The position numbers and the translations under genes are program-made. A stretch of DNA of 55,316 nucleotides from Sphingomicrobium sp. (lineage in GTDB: Bacteria > Pseudomonadota > Alphaproteobacteria > Sphingomonadales > Sphingomonadaceae), in NCBI GenBank assembly GCA_035540655.1, contig DATLGC010000163.1:1-55316 (forward strand). Direction: 5' to 3'. The stretch's first letter is position 1, and every line of letters begins with the position of its first letter. Below, piece by piece: positions 26,247 to 36,289 of this stretch. Under the pieces are notes generated by a model. It saw nothing but the letters and a program-made list of their open reading frames with translations. It had not been told where the DNA came from and made no database searches.

Positions 26247-27043
26247 GTTTCCTCGATCACCTGGATGGCCGTTACCGGCTGATCTTGTGCGACATCTGGG
26301 GATGCGTGCACGATGGAGTCACGCTCTATCCGGGAGCGGCCGAGAGGCTCGGGCAGTGGAAGCGGGATGGGCGGACCATTGTCCTCATCACCAATGCGCC
26401 GCGGACAGCGGAAGCGGTCGCGCAGCAGCTTTCGAGAATCGGCCTGCCGAGCGACTGCTGGGATGGAATCGCCACCAGCGGCGAGGCCGGCATCGCCGCA
26501 TTGAAGGAGCTCGACGGGCCGGTGGGTTTCATCGGGACAAGAGCGGACCGGGCAATTCTCGAGGGTCGAGGCGTCCAAATCGGTGGCGACGATTTTTCTG
26601 ATTTCGCCTGCACCGGCCTCGACGAGCAGCGTCGCAACGCATCCGACTATGAGCTACAATTGAGCGCGCTGGGCGCTCGCGGGGCCCGGATGCACTGCCT
26701 CAACCCTGACCGGGTCGTGATTCGCGGCGGCGTTGCCGAAGCCTGCGCCGGTGCCTTGGCCGATATCTATGAGTCTATTGGCGGGATGGTTTGCTGGTAC
26801 GGAAAACCGCACGAGCCGATCTATCGCCACGCACTTCGCCTCGGTGGCGATCCCCCGGCCGACCAGGTGCTGGCGATCGGCGACTCACTCCAGACGGACG
26901 TGCTCGGCGCCGCCCGAATGGGCTTCGACTGCGTGTTCGTGGCCGGCGGAATCCACGCCGGGGAAGAATTTCCATCCGATTTCGGACCCGAAAACGGTCT
27001 CGGCCCCTGGCGGCCGGTGGCGGTCGTCGACTCGCTCGGCTAA
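26243..27043 (+). CDS. HAD-superfamily subfamily IIA hydrolase (TIGR01459-like)
   Basis: [35 protein letters not shown]. Confidence 0.88.
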   Translation: MSFLDHLDGRYRLILCDIWGCVHDGVTLYPGAAERLGQWKRDGRTIVLITNAPRTAEAVAQQLSRIGLPSDCWDGIATSGEAGIAALKELDGPVGFIGTRADRAILEGRGVQIGGDDFSDFACTGLDEQRRNASDYELQLSALGARGARMHCLNPDRVVIRGGVAEACAGALADIYESIGGMVCWYGKPHEPIYRHALRLGGDPPADQVLAIGDSLQTDVLGAARMGFDCVFVAGGIHAGEEFPSDFGPENGLGPWRPVAVVDSLG

Positions 27044-27053
27044 AGGCGCCGTC

Positions 27054-27905
27054 ATGAAATTGCTAGGACGCGAGATCGGGCTCGATCAGCCCTTCTTCCT
27101 GATCGCCGGCCCATGCGTGGTTGAAAGCGAGGAGCTGCAGCTTCGCACCGCCGAACGGCTCAAGGCGATCGCCGACAAGCTCGGCATCCTGTTCATTTTC
27201 AAGTCGAGTTTCGACAAGGCGAACAGATCCTCGGGCACCAGCTTTCGTGGTCCCGGCATGGAGGAGGGATTGCGAATTCTCGCCAGGGTTCGCGATGCAG
27301 TCGGGGTGCCGGTGCTGACCGACGTGCACGACATTCCGCAGATCGCGCCGGTAGCGCAAGTCGTCGACGTGCTTCAAACTCCAGCCTTCCTCGCCCGCCA
27401 GACCGATTTCATCACTGCCGTCGCCGGTGCGGGCAAGCCGGTGAACATCAAGAAGGCGCAGTTCATGGCGCCAGGCGATATGAAGAATGTCGTCGACAAG
27501 GCGCGGCGCGCAGCCGAGGCGGCCGGAATCACCGAAGAGACCATCATGGTCTGTGAACGCGGCGCGTCATTTGGCTATAACAACCTGGTCTCGGACATGC
27601 GCAGCCTGGCGATCATGCGCGAAACCCGCTGCCCGGTGGTGTTCGACGCCACTCACAGCGTGCAGCTTCCGGGAGGGCAGGGGACGAGCTCCGGCGGCCA
27701 GCGCGAGCATGTGCCGGTGCTTGCCCGAGCAGCAGTCGCCTCGGGGATCAGCGGCTTGTTCATGGAAAGCCATCCGGAGCCGGCGAAGGCCTTGTCCGAC
27801 GGCCCTAATGCCTGGCCGCTCGACCGGATGGAGAGTCTGCTGACGACGCTGGTCGAGCTCGACCGAATCGTGAAGGCGCGCGGTTTCGAGGAAGAATCGC
27901 TGTGA
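27054..27905 (+). CDS. kdsA: Kdo-8-phosphate synthase
   Basis: [44 protein letters not shown]. Confidence 0.95.
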   Translation: MKLLGREIGLDQPFFLIAGPCVVESEELQLRTAERLKAIADKLGILFIFKSSFDKANRSSGTSFRGPGMEEGLRILARVRDAVGVPVLTDVHDIPQIAPVAQVVDVLQTPAFLARQTDFITAVAGAGKPVNIKKAQFMAPGDMKNVVDKARRAAEAAGITEETIMVCERGASFGYNNLVSDMRSLAIMRETRCPVVFDATHSVQLPGGQGTSSGGQREHVPVLARAAVASGISGLFMESHPEPAKALSDGPNAWPLDRMESLLTTLVELDRIVKARGFEEESL

Positions 27906-28777
27906 AGCCGACGGTCTTCATCCAGGCTAATGCAAGGCAGATGCTGGGCGCGAAGATTTCCGCGCACAGCTACAAGCGCTCCAGCCGCAGTCCCGACAGT
28001 TTCGAAGTCCAGATCATGGACTCGGCGAATTTCCCGCGGCTGATGCAAGAGGGTCAGTCGATCCTTCGCGCCGGTCACGTCCGAAACTGGGATCCGGATG
28101 ACCTGCAGAGCTTCACCCCGTTGCGCTTCGCGCCGCCCAGCCTGATGCAATTCGAAGGCCGCGCAGTCGTTACCGACCCGGACTGCTTCGGAGTTGGCGA
28201 CGTCGCCGAACTTTTCGATCGCGACATGGAAGGCAAGGCGATCATGGCGGTGCCTCGCCCGGGTCACAATCGCCGAAACGACTATATCGCGACCTCGGTG
28301 ATGCTGCTCGATTGCGGCAAGCTTAGGCATTGGGACTTCGATCGCCTTCTGGACGACCTGTTTGCCCATCGCTTCGATTATATCGACTGGATCGAGCTGA
28401 AGCGCGAAGATCCCGGAACGATCGGGTTTCTTGAACCCGAATGGAATGATTTCGACCGACTAACGGCGCGGACCAGAATCCTTCACACCACGAAGCGTCG
28501 GACGCAGCCGTGGAAGAGCGGCCTTCCGGTCGACTTCACGCTCCGCGAGCGCGGGCCCCTCGATTTCCTCCGTCGGTTGCGCCGTAAGCGCTACGAACCG
28601 CATCCGGACCGAAACCAGGAAGCCCTGGTCTATGCGCTTCTCGCCGACTTATTCGATCAAGGCGAGGTTACGCGCGGCGAGCTGCAGGCGGAGATGGCGG
28701 CCAATCACATCCGCCATGATTCGCTCGCGCTGATCGAGCGCTATCGCGGCTGGCAGCTATTCGACCGGGTCGCCTAG
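27902..28777 (+). CDS. Putative GT-A (GT8-like) glycosyltransferase
   Basis: SFTPLRF, VVTDPD (DxD), TSVMLLD, EWNDFD, LHTT..QPW pattern; coupled to kdsA. Confidence 0.6.
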   Translation: MKPTVFIQANARQMLGAKISAHSYKRSSRSPDSFEVQIMDSANFPRLMQEGQSILRAGHVRNWDPDDLQSFTPLRFAPPSLMQFEGRAVVTDPDCFGVGDVAELFDRDMEGKAIMAVPRPGHNRRNDYIATSVMLLDCGKLRHWDFDRLLDDLFAHRFDYIDWIELKREDPGTIGFLEPEWNDFDRLTARTRILHTTKRRTQPWKSGLPVDFTLRERGPLDFLRRLRRKRYEPHPDRNQEALVYALLADLFDQGEVTRGELQAEMAANHIRHDSLALIERYRGWQLFDRVA

Positions 28778-29770
28778 CAACGCGCGGACCGATCGGGCCG
28801 CGGTGATCGCGGGGTCGCTTACCCCGCCGGAGACGGGACGATCCAGTGACCCGATCAGGCGCAGGTCGTGGAGGTGCTTCCAGAATCGGCGAAGATCCCG
28901 CCGCCGTCGGCCACGGCCGCTCTCCTGGATGCTGTCGCCCAATTTGCGCCTGCCTTTGTCACTCAGCTCGATGGGGATCAAACCGACCGGCTTTTTGGTG
29001 AGAACGGCTTCCGACAGCATCGACACGCTGTCGCCGGTCACGAAGATCTCGTCGGCATCGGCAAGGAGCACCGGGAAGCGCGGGCGACGGTCGGCGATGA
29101 AGTGGCAGACGCCCTGGCGGCTGGCGACGGCTTCCTTGAGCGCCCGCACCGATTCGGCGTCCGTGCGCGGGCTGGGAACGGCAATCAGGGTTCCGCCGGC
29201 TCGTTGGGCGCGCTGGCACAGCTTTCGGGCCGCCTCGGCAATATGGTCGGGTGCCAGCTCCCAATATTTGGTGGCGCCGCCGATCGCCATCAGCAGGTGG
29301 GGCCGCGGCAGCCGATCGAGATACTCCCGTTCATCGGGGTCGATCGACGGCGCTGTCCTGTAGCGGCTCATCGCCAGCGGCAGCAACAGGACGTTGTCGC
29401 CGGGCGGAACCGGATATTGACGGGTGGTGATGACCAGGTCGAACAGGCCGGGGTCGATCCGCGGGTGGCCAATCCGGACGAGCTTGGTGCGGCCATCATT
29501 CGCGGTGCGGATCCACCGGGCGATAGGCACGCTGCGCCTGCCGATGGCGATGATCAGGTCGGGCCAGGGCGGATTGAGCCAGCTCCGGCTTTCGCTGGTG
29601 AGCGATGCGAGGCTTTCGCCCAATATGCGCCCGTCGAGCGCCCGCAGCAGGTTGTAGCTCAGCGATCGGGTCTCGAACGGCAGTCCGAGGGCCTCGGCCA
29701 GAGCCAGCACCTGGTTGTTGTCCCCAGTTCGCGGTCCGAGGAGCGCCCAGATGCGAGGGGGCTGGGTCAT
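28757..29770 (-). CDS. ELM1/GtrOC1-family putative glycosyltransferase
   Basis: GDNNQVLALAEAL, PPWPDLII, SPRT, VTGDSVSMLSEA; ATG 29770 overlaps the flippase stop. Confidence 0.85.
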   Translation of the reverse strand: MTQPPRIWALLGPRTGDNNQVLALAEALGLPFETRSLSYNLLRALDGRILGESLASLTSESRSWLNPPWPDLIIAIGRRSVPIARWIRTANDGRTKLVRIGHPRIDPGLFDLVITTRQYPVPPGDNVLLLPLAMSRYRTAPSIDPDEREYLDRLPRPHLLMAIGGATKYWELAPDHIAEAARKLCQRAQRAGGTLIAVPSPRTDAESVRALKEAVASRQGVCHFIADRRPRFPVLLADADEIFVTGDSVSMLSEAVLTKKPVGLIPIELSDKGRRKLGDSIQESGRGRRRRDLRRFWKHLHDLRLIGSLDRPVSGGVSDPAITAARSVRALLGDPVE

Positions 29771-31071
29771 GACAGGCCGCGTACCCTGCGGTGCTCGCCG
29801 CGTACCTGCAGGACAAGGACGACGACCATCGTCGCATAGCCGATGACGAAGGCGGCCGCCGCCCCGGCGACTCCGAATTGCCATGCCAATGGCGCGACGA
29901 TCCCGAAGTAAAGCAACGTTCCGACAAGCCGCGCTTTCAGCGGCCCGTCCGGTCGGTCGAGCGCGTAGAGCATCGGTGGCAGCGGGAAGCTCAGCATGGC
30001 GAGCAGGGGCGCGATCATCAGCACGATCAGCACTGGATAGGCGGCCACGAACTCCATTCCGAACAGGGCGCCAAGCAGCGGCTCCCCGGCAATCAGGAGA
30101 AAGGCGGCCGCGACAAGACCGGCAACCGAAGCCAGCACCGTGCCTCGGAGCATCAGCTTCCACGGTTTCTTCGTCGCAAGGTCCATGCGCACGACTTCGG
30201 GATAATAGGCCTTGGCCAGGAGGTCGGCCGGCTTCTGGGCGCTGTCGGCCAGGCTTGCCGCGACCCGATATAGGCCGGCCGCGGCAGGGCCCAGCAGCCC
30301 ACCGACAAGCAATCGGGAAATCGGCCCCCAGGCCGCCTGCAGCGAGCTCGTCAGATTGACGTGAATGGCGAAGCGCCAGGCGCCCTCGAGGCCGTTCGGC
30401 CGAAGCGTCGGCCGGATTCCATGCAGCATCCTGCGGCGCTTGAGCTCGCGCCAGGCGAGGAACCAGAGGAAGATGTCGCCCGCCAGGTCGGTCACGAACC
30501 AGATGATCAAATAGGCTTCGAAGGGCGCGCTGTGCCACCATGCGATAGCCGATAATATCGCCCGGGCGATCGGATAGCTCGTGCCCTGCCAGCTTATGAG
30601 GTCGAACCGGTCGAGGGAGCGCAGCACCCCCACCGGCGTTGCAGCGCCCATGGTCGGCAGAAGCAGGCAGTAAAGGATCGCGGCCAGCAGATATTCCTGT
30701 GGAATCCCGAACCAATGGCCGATGAACGGAAGCAGCGCGATGGCTGCGACCATTCCGAGCAATCCGCTGACCAGGTCGAGGCCCAGGCCGAAGCCGATAG
30801 CGCGCTTGAACCGGCTGTGGTCCGAGTCCGTCAGGGCGCTGCCGCCGTAGCGGACGATCAGCTGCCAGGACTGGAATTTGCTAAGCCCGCTGATCGCCTG
30901 GGCGTAGCTTCGGATCAGCACCAGCATTCCAAACAGCACGACCCCAAGCCCGCGTCCGGTGAAGGCGAGGGTGGCAAGTCCGGCGACGGCGGCGACCGCC
31001 TTGGACACGGCAAGGTAGCTGCTGTTCTTGAGCAGCGAGCGAAAATGCTGGTCGCGGAACCAGTGCTTCAT
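29767..31071 (-). CDS. Polysaccharide flippase (Wzx/MOP-like)
   Basis: Multi-TM; FQSWQLIVRYG, AAGLYRVA motifs. Confidence 0.8.
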   Translation of the reverse strand: MKHWFRDQHFRSLLKNSSYLAVSKAVAAVAGLATLAFTGRGLGVVLFGMLVLIRSYAQAISGLSKFQSWQLIVRYGGSALTDSDHSRFKRAIGFGLGLDLVSGLLGMVAAIALLPFIGHWFGIPQEYLLAAILYCLLLPTMGAATPVGVLRSLDRFDLISWQGTSYPIARAILSAIAWWHSAPFEAYLIIWFVTDLAGDIFLWFLAWRELKRRRMLHGIRPTLRPNGLEGAWRFAIHVNLTSSLQAAWGPISRLLVGGLLGPAAAGLYRVAASLADSAQKPADLLAKAYYPEVVRMDLATKKPWKLMLRGTVLASVAGLVAAAFLLIAGEPLLGALFGMEFVAAYPVLIVLMIAPLLAMLSFPLPPMLYALDRPDGPLKARLVGTLLYFGIVAPLAWQFGVAGAAAAFVIGYATMVVVLVLQVRGEHRRVRGLS

Positions 31072-31156
31072 GGATTCCGGTAAGCAGGCGTCATCGCCCG
31101 GCCCCTAGAAGAAAGTCGGCGCGATGTCGCCAGCGATCCTTGCTGCTTGGCGCAGA

Positions 31157-33187
31157 TCAGGCCGGCTCGGGCACCCGCTTCTGGATCACCCTGTCGGCGA
31201 GCGGGCCGTTCAATTCGGCGAGATGGTCGAACTCGGCCTCGTAAGTCGCCAGTCCCTGGCTTTGCGACCGAAGCTCGGCCTCGAGGCCGGCAAGCTCCGC
31301 CTCGGGGATCAGCGCCTCGATCCTGTCCCACCCGGTCCAGCCGTCGCGCGGTCCCATGCCCAGCATCTGCCCGCGCCTGCCGGCGACGGCCGAGGTGATC
31401 CGGCTGGTGGCGCTCGATGGACAGACGACGACCAGCTTGTGCATCGGCTCGAGCAGATGGGGCTGGGCTGCGCTCAGGCCCTCCTGCATGGCGATTCGCC
31501 CGGCAAGGCGGAAGGCGAGCTCCGAGCTGTCGACGCTGTGGTAGCTGCCGTCGACCAGGGTCACCGCGACGTCGACGACCGGGAAGCCGAGTGGGCCCTT
31601 TGCCATCGCTTCGCGCACGCCTTCCTCGACCGCCGGGATCCACTGCTTGGGGATGGAGCCGCCGTGGATCTTCTCCTCGAACAGGAAGCCCGATCCGCGC
31701 GGCAGCGGCCGGATGTCGATGATGACGTCACCAAACTGGCCGTGGCCGCCGGTCTGTTTCTTGTGGCGGCCGCGCTGGTGGGCGACGGCTTTGCGGATCG
31801 ATTCGCGATAGCCGATGGTCGGCGCGTGGCTCGACACCTCGACCCCATAGCGACGCTTGAGTTTGGCGAGCGTGTTCTTGAGATGCTCGTCGTTGACGCC
31901 TTTCAGTCGCATTTCATGGTTTGCCTCGTCATGCTCGAGGACTAGGGATCCATCCTCCTCGAGCAGCTTCTGAAGCGCGCCCGACAGCTTGACGTCGTCC
32001 TTGCGATCGGCGGGCTCGATCGCCAGCGCGCAATTGCGGGCCGGATATTCGACCTCGATTTCGGGCGGCAGGCTGCTTTTCCCGAGCCACTGGCCCGCCT
32101 TCACCCCATCGACCTTGGCGATGGCGACGACATCGCCGTTGCGCGCTTCGGAAACCTTCTGGGTCCGCTCCCCCTGGACCTTGAACAAGGCGCCAAGCCG
32201 GGTGGTCTCGCCGTCTCCAGTCTTGAGATCGGAGCCCTCGCTTATGTTTCCGCCGAGCACACGGGCGAGGGCCAGTCGGCCGACCGATCCCCCGTGGCTG
32301 ATCTTGAAGATATGAAGCGCCGGGTCGGTGACATCGAGGCGATTGGCCGTCGAATCCGGCCCGGGCCCCTCGTGGCGAAGCGCCTTCAACAGCCGGCGGA
32401 CGCCCCAGGCGCTGGCGGCCGAGCCGAACAGCACGCTGACCGCAAGATTTTCGCTGGTCTCGCGGGCCAGGTCCTCCATCACCTTCTCGCGCGGCGGAGT
32501 CTCGTCCATCAATAGTTGCTCGAGCAATTCGTCGTCGTGGTCGGCGAGATGCTCGAGAAGCTGGGTCCGGGCCTCGAGTTCGCGCTGCTGAAGCTCGCCG
32601 GGGATTTCGATTTGCTCGGATTCCTTGCCCGGCCGGTAATGATAGGCGCGCTCGAGGGCGAGGTCGATGAAGCCGGTGATCTTGTCGCCTTCGCGAATCG
32701 GAATCTGCCGGGCGATGATCGGCGAGACGCTGAGCGGCTGAAGTGCGGAGAGGAGATCGCGCACCCGCCCGCGGGCCTGGTCGACCCGGTTGACGAAAAT
32801 CAGGTGGGGAATGCCGAGCTCGTCGAGCATCCGCAAGGCCGGCGCGGCGAGCGGAGCTCGCGCCGGGTCGGGATCGACGACGATGACGGCGATGTCGGCA
32901 AGCGCCAGACCCTTCGCCGAGTCGGCGGAAAAGCCGACCGAGCCGGGGCAGTCGATGATTGCATAAGGCTCGCCGAGATAATCGAAATGATAGAGGTTGA
33001 GTTCGGTCGATCCGCCGCGGGCACGGGCTTCGGGACTGGAGTCACCGACGCTCGTTCCGTTGGCAACCGATCCGAGCCGATCAATGGCGCCGGCTGCGAA
33101 CAGCATGGCTTCGGCAAGGCTGGTCTTTCCTGCGCCGGCCGGTCCGACCAGCGCGATTGCTCGAGTGCCGTTGGATTTGCCTTGCAT
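31157..33187 (-). CDS. Elongation factor G paralog (EF-G2-like)
   Basis: GPAGAGKTS, DCPG, NRVD, KKQTGGHGQFG, DGSYHSVDSS; not in an str operon. Confidence 0.9.
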   Translation of the reverse strand: MQGKSNGTRAIALVGPAGAGKTSLAEAMLFAAGAIDRLGSVANGTSVGDSSPEARARGGSTELNLYHFDYLGEPYAIIDCPGSVGFSADSAKGLALADIAVIVVDPDPARAPLAAPALRMLDELGIPHLIFVNRVDQARGRVRDLLSALQPLSVSPIIARQIPIREGDKITGFIDLALERAYHYRPGKESEQIEIPGELQQRELEARTQLLEHLADHDDELLEQLLMDETPPREKVMEDLARETSENLAVSVLFGSAASAWGVRRLLKALRHEGPGPDSTANRLDVTDPALHIFKISHGGSVGRLALARVLGGNISEGSDLKTGDGETTRLGALFKVQGERTQKVSEARNGDVVAIAKVDGVKAGQWLGKSSLPPEIEVEYPARNCALAIEPADRKDDVKLSGALQKLLEEDGSLVLEHDEANHEMRLKGVNDEHLKNTLAKLKRRYGVEVSSHAPTIGYRESIRKAVAHQRGRHKKQTGGHGQFGDVIIDIRPLPRGSGFLFEEKIHGGSIPKQWIPAVEEGVREAMAKGPLGFPVVDVAVTLVDGSYHSVDSSELAFRLAGRIAMQEGLSAAQPHLLEPMHKLVVVCPSSATSRITSAVAGRRGQMLGMGPRDGWTGWDRIEALIPEAELAGLEAELRSQSQGLATYEAEFDHLAELNGPLADRVIQKRVPEPA

Positions 33188-33333
33188 GCGACTCTCCTCT
33201 CGTCCGCGTCAGCGGGCGCGCGAGTCGCTCGAAGGCGCTCGGGCGCCCAATCGAAACGTCCAGCGTCGGACGGTTTTCGGCCGTTGGCAAGGGGGGTCGT
33301 CGATTGAATCGGTCCGCCTGCCGACGGACCGCG

Positions 33334-33358
33334 GGAACGGCTGGCGCGCTCGGCGCTT
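33334..33358 (+). promoter_or_regulatory. Candidate sigma-EcfG (general stress) promoter of the YihY gene
   Basis: GGAAC-N16-GCTT directly upstream of ATG 33368. Confidence 0.45.
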
Positions 33359-33367
33359 GAATCGGCG

Positions 33368-34417
33368 ATGGATTCGAAAGTCGGCACGCAGGACCGCGGT
33401 CACCAGGCGACCTCTCCGGCGCAAATGCCGCGCCGGGCGTGGAAGGACATCGCCCTTCGCACCTGGCAGCGCACCTGGGAGGACAATGTCGGTCTGGTTG
33501 CCGCCGGGGTCGCATTTTATGGCTTTTTCGCCATCGTCCCGCTGCTCGGTCTGATCGTCCTTATCTACGGTGTCTTCGCCGATCCGGCGACGGTGATCAG
33601 CAACATGCAGGCGTTGACCGACATCCTGCCCAACGACGTCGCCGAATTGATCGGCGAGCAGCTGATGGGAGCCGTCGAGGCGTCGGCCGGAATGAAGGGG
33701 CTCGGGATCGCGGTCGCTCTGGCTGTGGCGCTCTACGCGGGCACCAACGGCGCCGGCGCGGTCATCACCGCACTCAACATCGCCTATGAGGAAAAGGAGC
33801 GGCGCAGCCTGTTTCGCTTCTACCTTGTTGCCATCGCCATCACATTCGCCGCGGTAACGATGGCCCTGCTCGGCCTCGGCGCTGCCGCGGCGATCGCCGC
33901 GCTCGACAATTTCATTCCCGACGCCTCCGGCCCAATCGTGATGGCCGGCAAGATCGTCGGATACTTCGCGCTCGGCCTGGCTGCGGCCGCCATCGCAGCG
34001 ACGCTCTATCGCTTCGGCCCGTCGCGGGAAAATGCTCGCTGGGAATGGATCACGCCGGGCTCGATCGTCGCCGCAGCGGCGTGGATGCTGTTGACCCTTG
34101 CCTTCGGTTTCTACGTCACCAGCATCGCCGATTATAACGCGACATATGGGTCGCTGGGCACGATCATCGTCCTGCTCACCTGGATATATCTGTCGGCCTA
34201 CATGCTGGTGATGGGCGCTGAGCTCAACAGCGAGATCGAGCACCAGACCGCCCACGACAGCACCACCGGGCCGGCACAGCCGATGGGCAAGCGCGGCGCC
34301 TGGGCCGCCGACAATGTCGCCGAGGACGACACCGTGCAAAACCGGCCGGAAGAGGCCCGGGAAGGGGACAAGCTGACCCAGGCGTCGCCGGATATGAGCG
34401 ACGACCGGAAGGACTAG
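33368..34417 (+). CDS. YihY/BrkB family membrane protein
   Basis: AAGVAFY, LNIAY, YRFGP, YNATYGSLG, GAELN. Confidence 0.9.
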   Translation: MDSKVGTQDRGHQATSPAQMPRRAWKDIALRTWQRTWEDNVGLVAAGVAFYGFFAIVPLLGLIVLIYGVFADPATVISNMQALTDILPNDVAELIGEQLMGAVEASAGMKGLGIAVALAVALYAGTNGAGAVITALNIAYEEKERRSLFRFYLVAIAITFAAVTMALLGLGAAAAIAALDNFIPDASGPIVMAGKIVGYFALGLAAAAIAATLYRFGPSRENARWEWITPGSIVAAAAWMLLTLAFGFYVTSIADYNATYGSLGTIIVLLTWIYLSAYMLVMGAELNSEIEHQTAHDSTTGPAQPMGKRGAWAADNVAEDDTVQNRPEEAREGDKLTQASPDMSDDRKD

Positions 34418-35289
34418 GGCGCGCGACTCGTCGCCTGCGAGCTAAACAGGCGGCGAAGCATCTCGCGGTACGCATCCGGGAGGTTGGCGGCGTGGGTGCC
34501 GCCGTCGATCTCGATCTTCTCCGCAGTCCAGGGCGCGCCTTGCCTTTGTTGCCAGTAAGCCAGCCACTCAAGTGCAGCACCCCGCCGCCCCGCCGCTTCG
34601 GCTGTACCGGTGGCCAGAAATAGGCGCAGGTCGCGGCGCGTCCCGGCACGTGCGTTTCCGAAGATGATTTCGCGGCCCGGGTGCATCGAAGGATTGCTTG
34701 CAAGCCGTGACCAGAACAGGTCCGGGTCGGTGAACGCCGAATAAAGGACGAAAGCGCCGGCGCGGGACTGGCCGACAAGAATTCTGCGAATCGGGTCCGC
34801 GCGATACCTCTGTTCGACGGTCGGCAGCAGCTCGGACCGCAGGAACTGCTGGAAAGCGGCTGCACCGCTTTCCGATGACTCTACGCCCACGGCCGGAGGC
34901 ATGAAATCGATGTGCCGACGATTGGTGGGTTGCGCGAATGAACCATAGGCAATCCCGACCAAAATCGCTTCCGGGATCTTGTCGTCGTAGGTCAGGAATA
35001 AGTGGTGCGGAGCGAGATAGGGAAAGGCGGAATCGCCATCGAGCAGATAGACGACCGGGTAATGGCGATCCGGCTCGCTGTCATATCCTTCGGGCAGTCG
35101 GACGTAGATGTGATAGAGGTGATCCGCTTCCCTGGATTGAAGTGGGAAATAATCGCCTTTGAGAGCGGGCAAGTGATCCAGTGGAACCGTCGCTGGCGGC
35201 GCCGGCGATGATGGCGTGGTAGTGCAGCCGGTGACGAGCCCTGCACCGGCCAGCCCAAGCAATAGGCGTTGGAAGAGCAACCCCCGCAC
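34414..35289 (-). CDS. Alpha/beta hydrolase (IroE/Bes-like esterase), lipoprotein
   Basis: Lipobox VTGC; YPVVYLLDGD; GQSRAG nucleophile motif. Confidence 0.85.
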   Translation of the reverse strand: MRGLLFQRLLLGLAGAGLVTGCTTTPSSPAPPATVPLDHLPALKGDYFPLQSREADHLYHIYVRLPEGYDSEPDRHYPVVYLLDGDSAFPYLAPHHLFLTYDDKIPEAILVGIAYGSFAQPTNRRHIDFMPPAVGVESSESGAAAFQQFLRSELLPTVEQRYRADPIRRILVGQSRAGAFVLYSAFTDPDLFWSRLASNPSMHPGREIIFGNARAGTRRDLRLFLATGTAEAAGRRGAALEWLAYWQQRQGAPWTAEKIEIDGGTHAANLPDAYREMLRRLFSSQATSRAP

Positions 35290-35327
35290 GTTTCGATGTT
35301 AGCGGATTCACTCTAGCAAACCAGCCC

Positions 35328-36236
35328 TCAGGCGGCTGGAAGCAATTTCTTCTCGCCGGCTAGCCGAAGCAGCGCCGCCTGCAGCTTTTCGAAGGCGCGC
35401 ACCTCGATCTGGCGGATCCGCTCGCGGCTGACGTTATAGACCTGGGAGAGCTCCTCGAGCGTCTTGGGCTCGTCGGACAGGCGCCGCTCGGTGAGGATAT
35501 GCTTCTCGCGGTCGTTGAGCGCATCCATTGCGCTCATCAGCAGGTCGTGGCGGACCCGGCTTTCCTGGTCCTCGGCGATGCGCTCGTCCTGGAGCGGGCC
35601 GCTGTCGACCAGGAAATCCTGCCACTGGCTCTCGCTGCCCTCGTCGCCTTTCAGCGAGACGTTGAGCGAGGTGTCGCCGCCCATCGCCATCCGGCGGTTC
35701 ATCGACACCACCTCGTCCTCGGTGACTCCAAGGTCGGTGGCGATCTTGGCGACGTCCTGGGGCTTCAGATCGCCCTCCTCGAAGGCATCGATCTGGTTCT
35801 TCATCCGGCGCAGGTTGAAGAACAATTTCTTCTGAGCCGCCGTGGTGCCCATCTTCACCAGGCTCCACGAGCGCAGGATGAATTCCTGGATCGAGGCGCG
35901 GATCCACCACATCGCATAAGTGGCGAGGCGAAAGCCGCGCTCGGGCTCGAACTTCTTGACGCCCTGCATCAGGCCGATGTTGCCTTCGGAAATGAGCTCG
36001 CTGACCGGCAGGCCGTAGCCGCGGTAACCCATGGCGATCTTGGCGACCAGCCGCAGGTGCGAATTGACCAGCTTGGCGGCCGCCTCGGTGTCGCCATGCT
36101 CGCGCCAGCGCTTTGCAAGCATATATTCTTCCTCGGGAGCGAGGATCGGGAATTTCTTTATCTCGGCGAGATATCGGTTGAGCCCGGCCTCGCCGCCCGT
36201 CGAGGGGATCGAAACAATCCCCTTTTCCTTAGCCAT
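35328..36236 (-). CDS. rpoH: RNA polymerase sigma-32 factor
   Basis: HLRLVAKIAMGYRGYG; RpoH box QKKLFFNLR; SRERIRQIE. Confidence 0.96.
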   Translation of the reverse strand: MAKEKGIVSIPSTGGEAGLNRYLAEIKKFPILAPEEEYMLAKRWREHGDTEAAAKLVNSHLRLVAKIAMGYRGYGLPVSELISEGNIGLMQGVKKFEPERGFRLATYAMWWIRASIQEFILRSWSLVKMGTTAAQKKLFFNLRRMKNQIDAFEEGDLKPQDVAKIATDLGVTEDEVVSMNRRMAMGGDTSLNVSLKGDEGSESQWQDFLVDSGPLQDERIAEDQESRVRHDLLMSAMDALNDREKHILTERRLSDEPKTLEELSQVYNVSRERIRQIEVRAFEKLQAALLRLAGEKKLLPAA

Positions 36237-36289
36237 TCTTCGCGTCTCCCTGGCCGGGTGCGTTTGACAGCGCCCTAGCCGCTTGTTTC

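Noticed and set aside
28757-30715. 652-aa ORF as a fusion protein
   Set aside because: Its N-terminal half is an alternative frame of the flippase; the real gene starts at ATG 29770.
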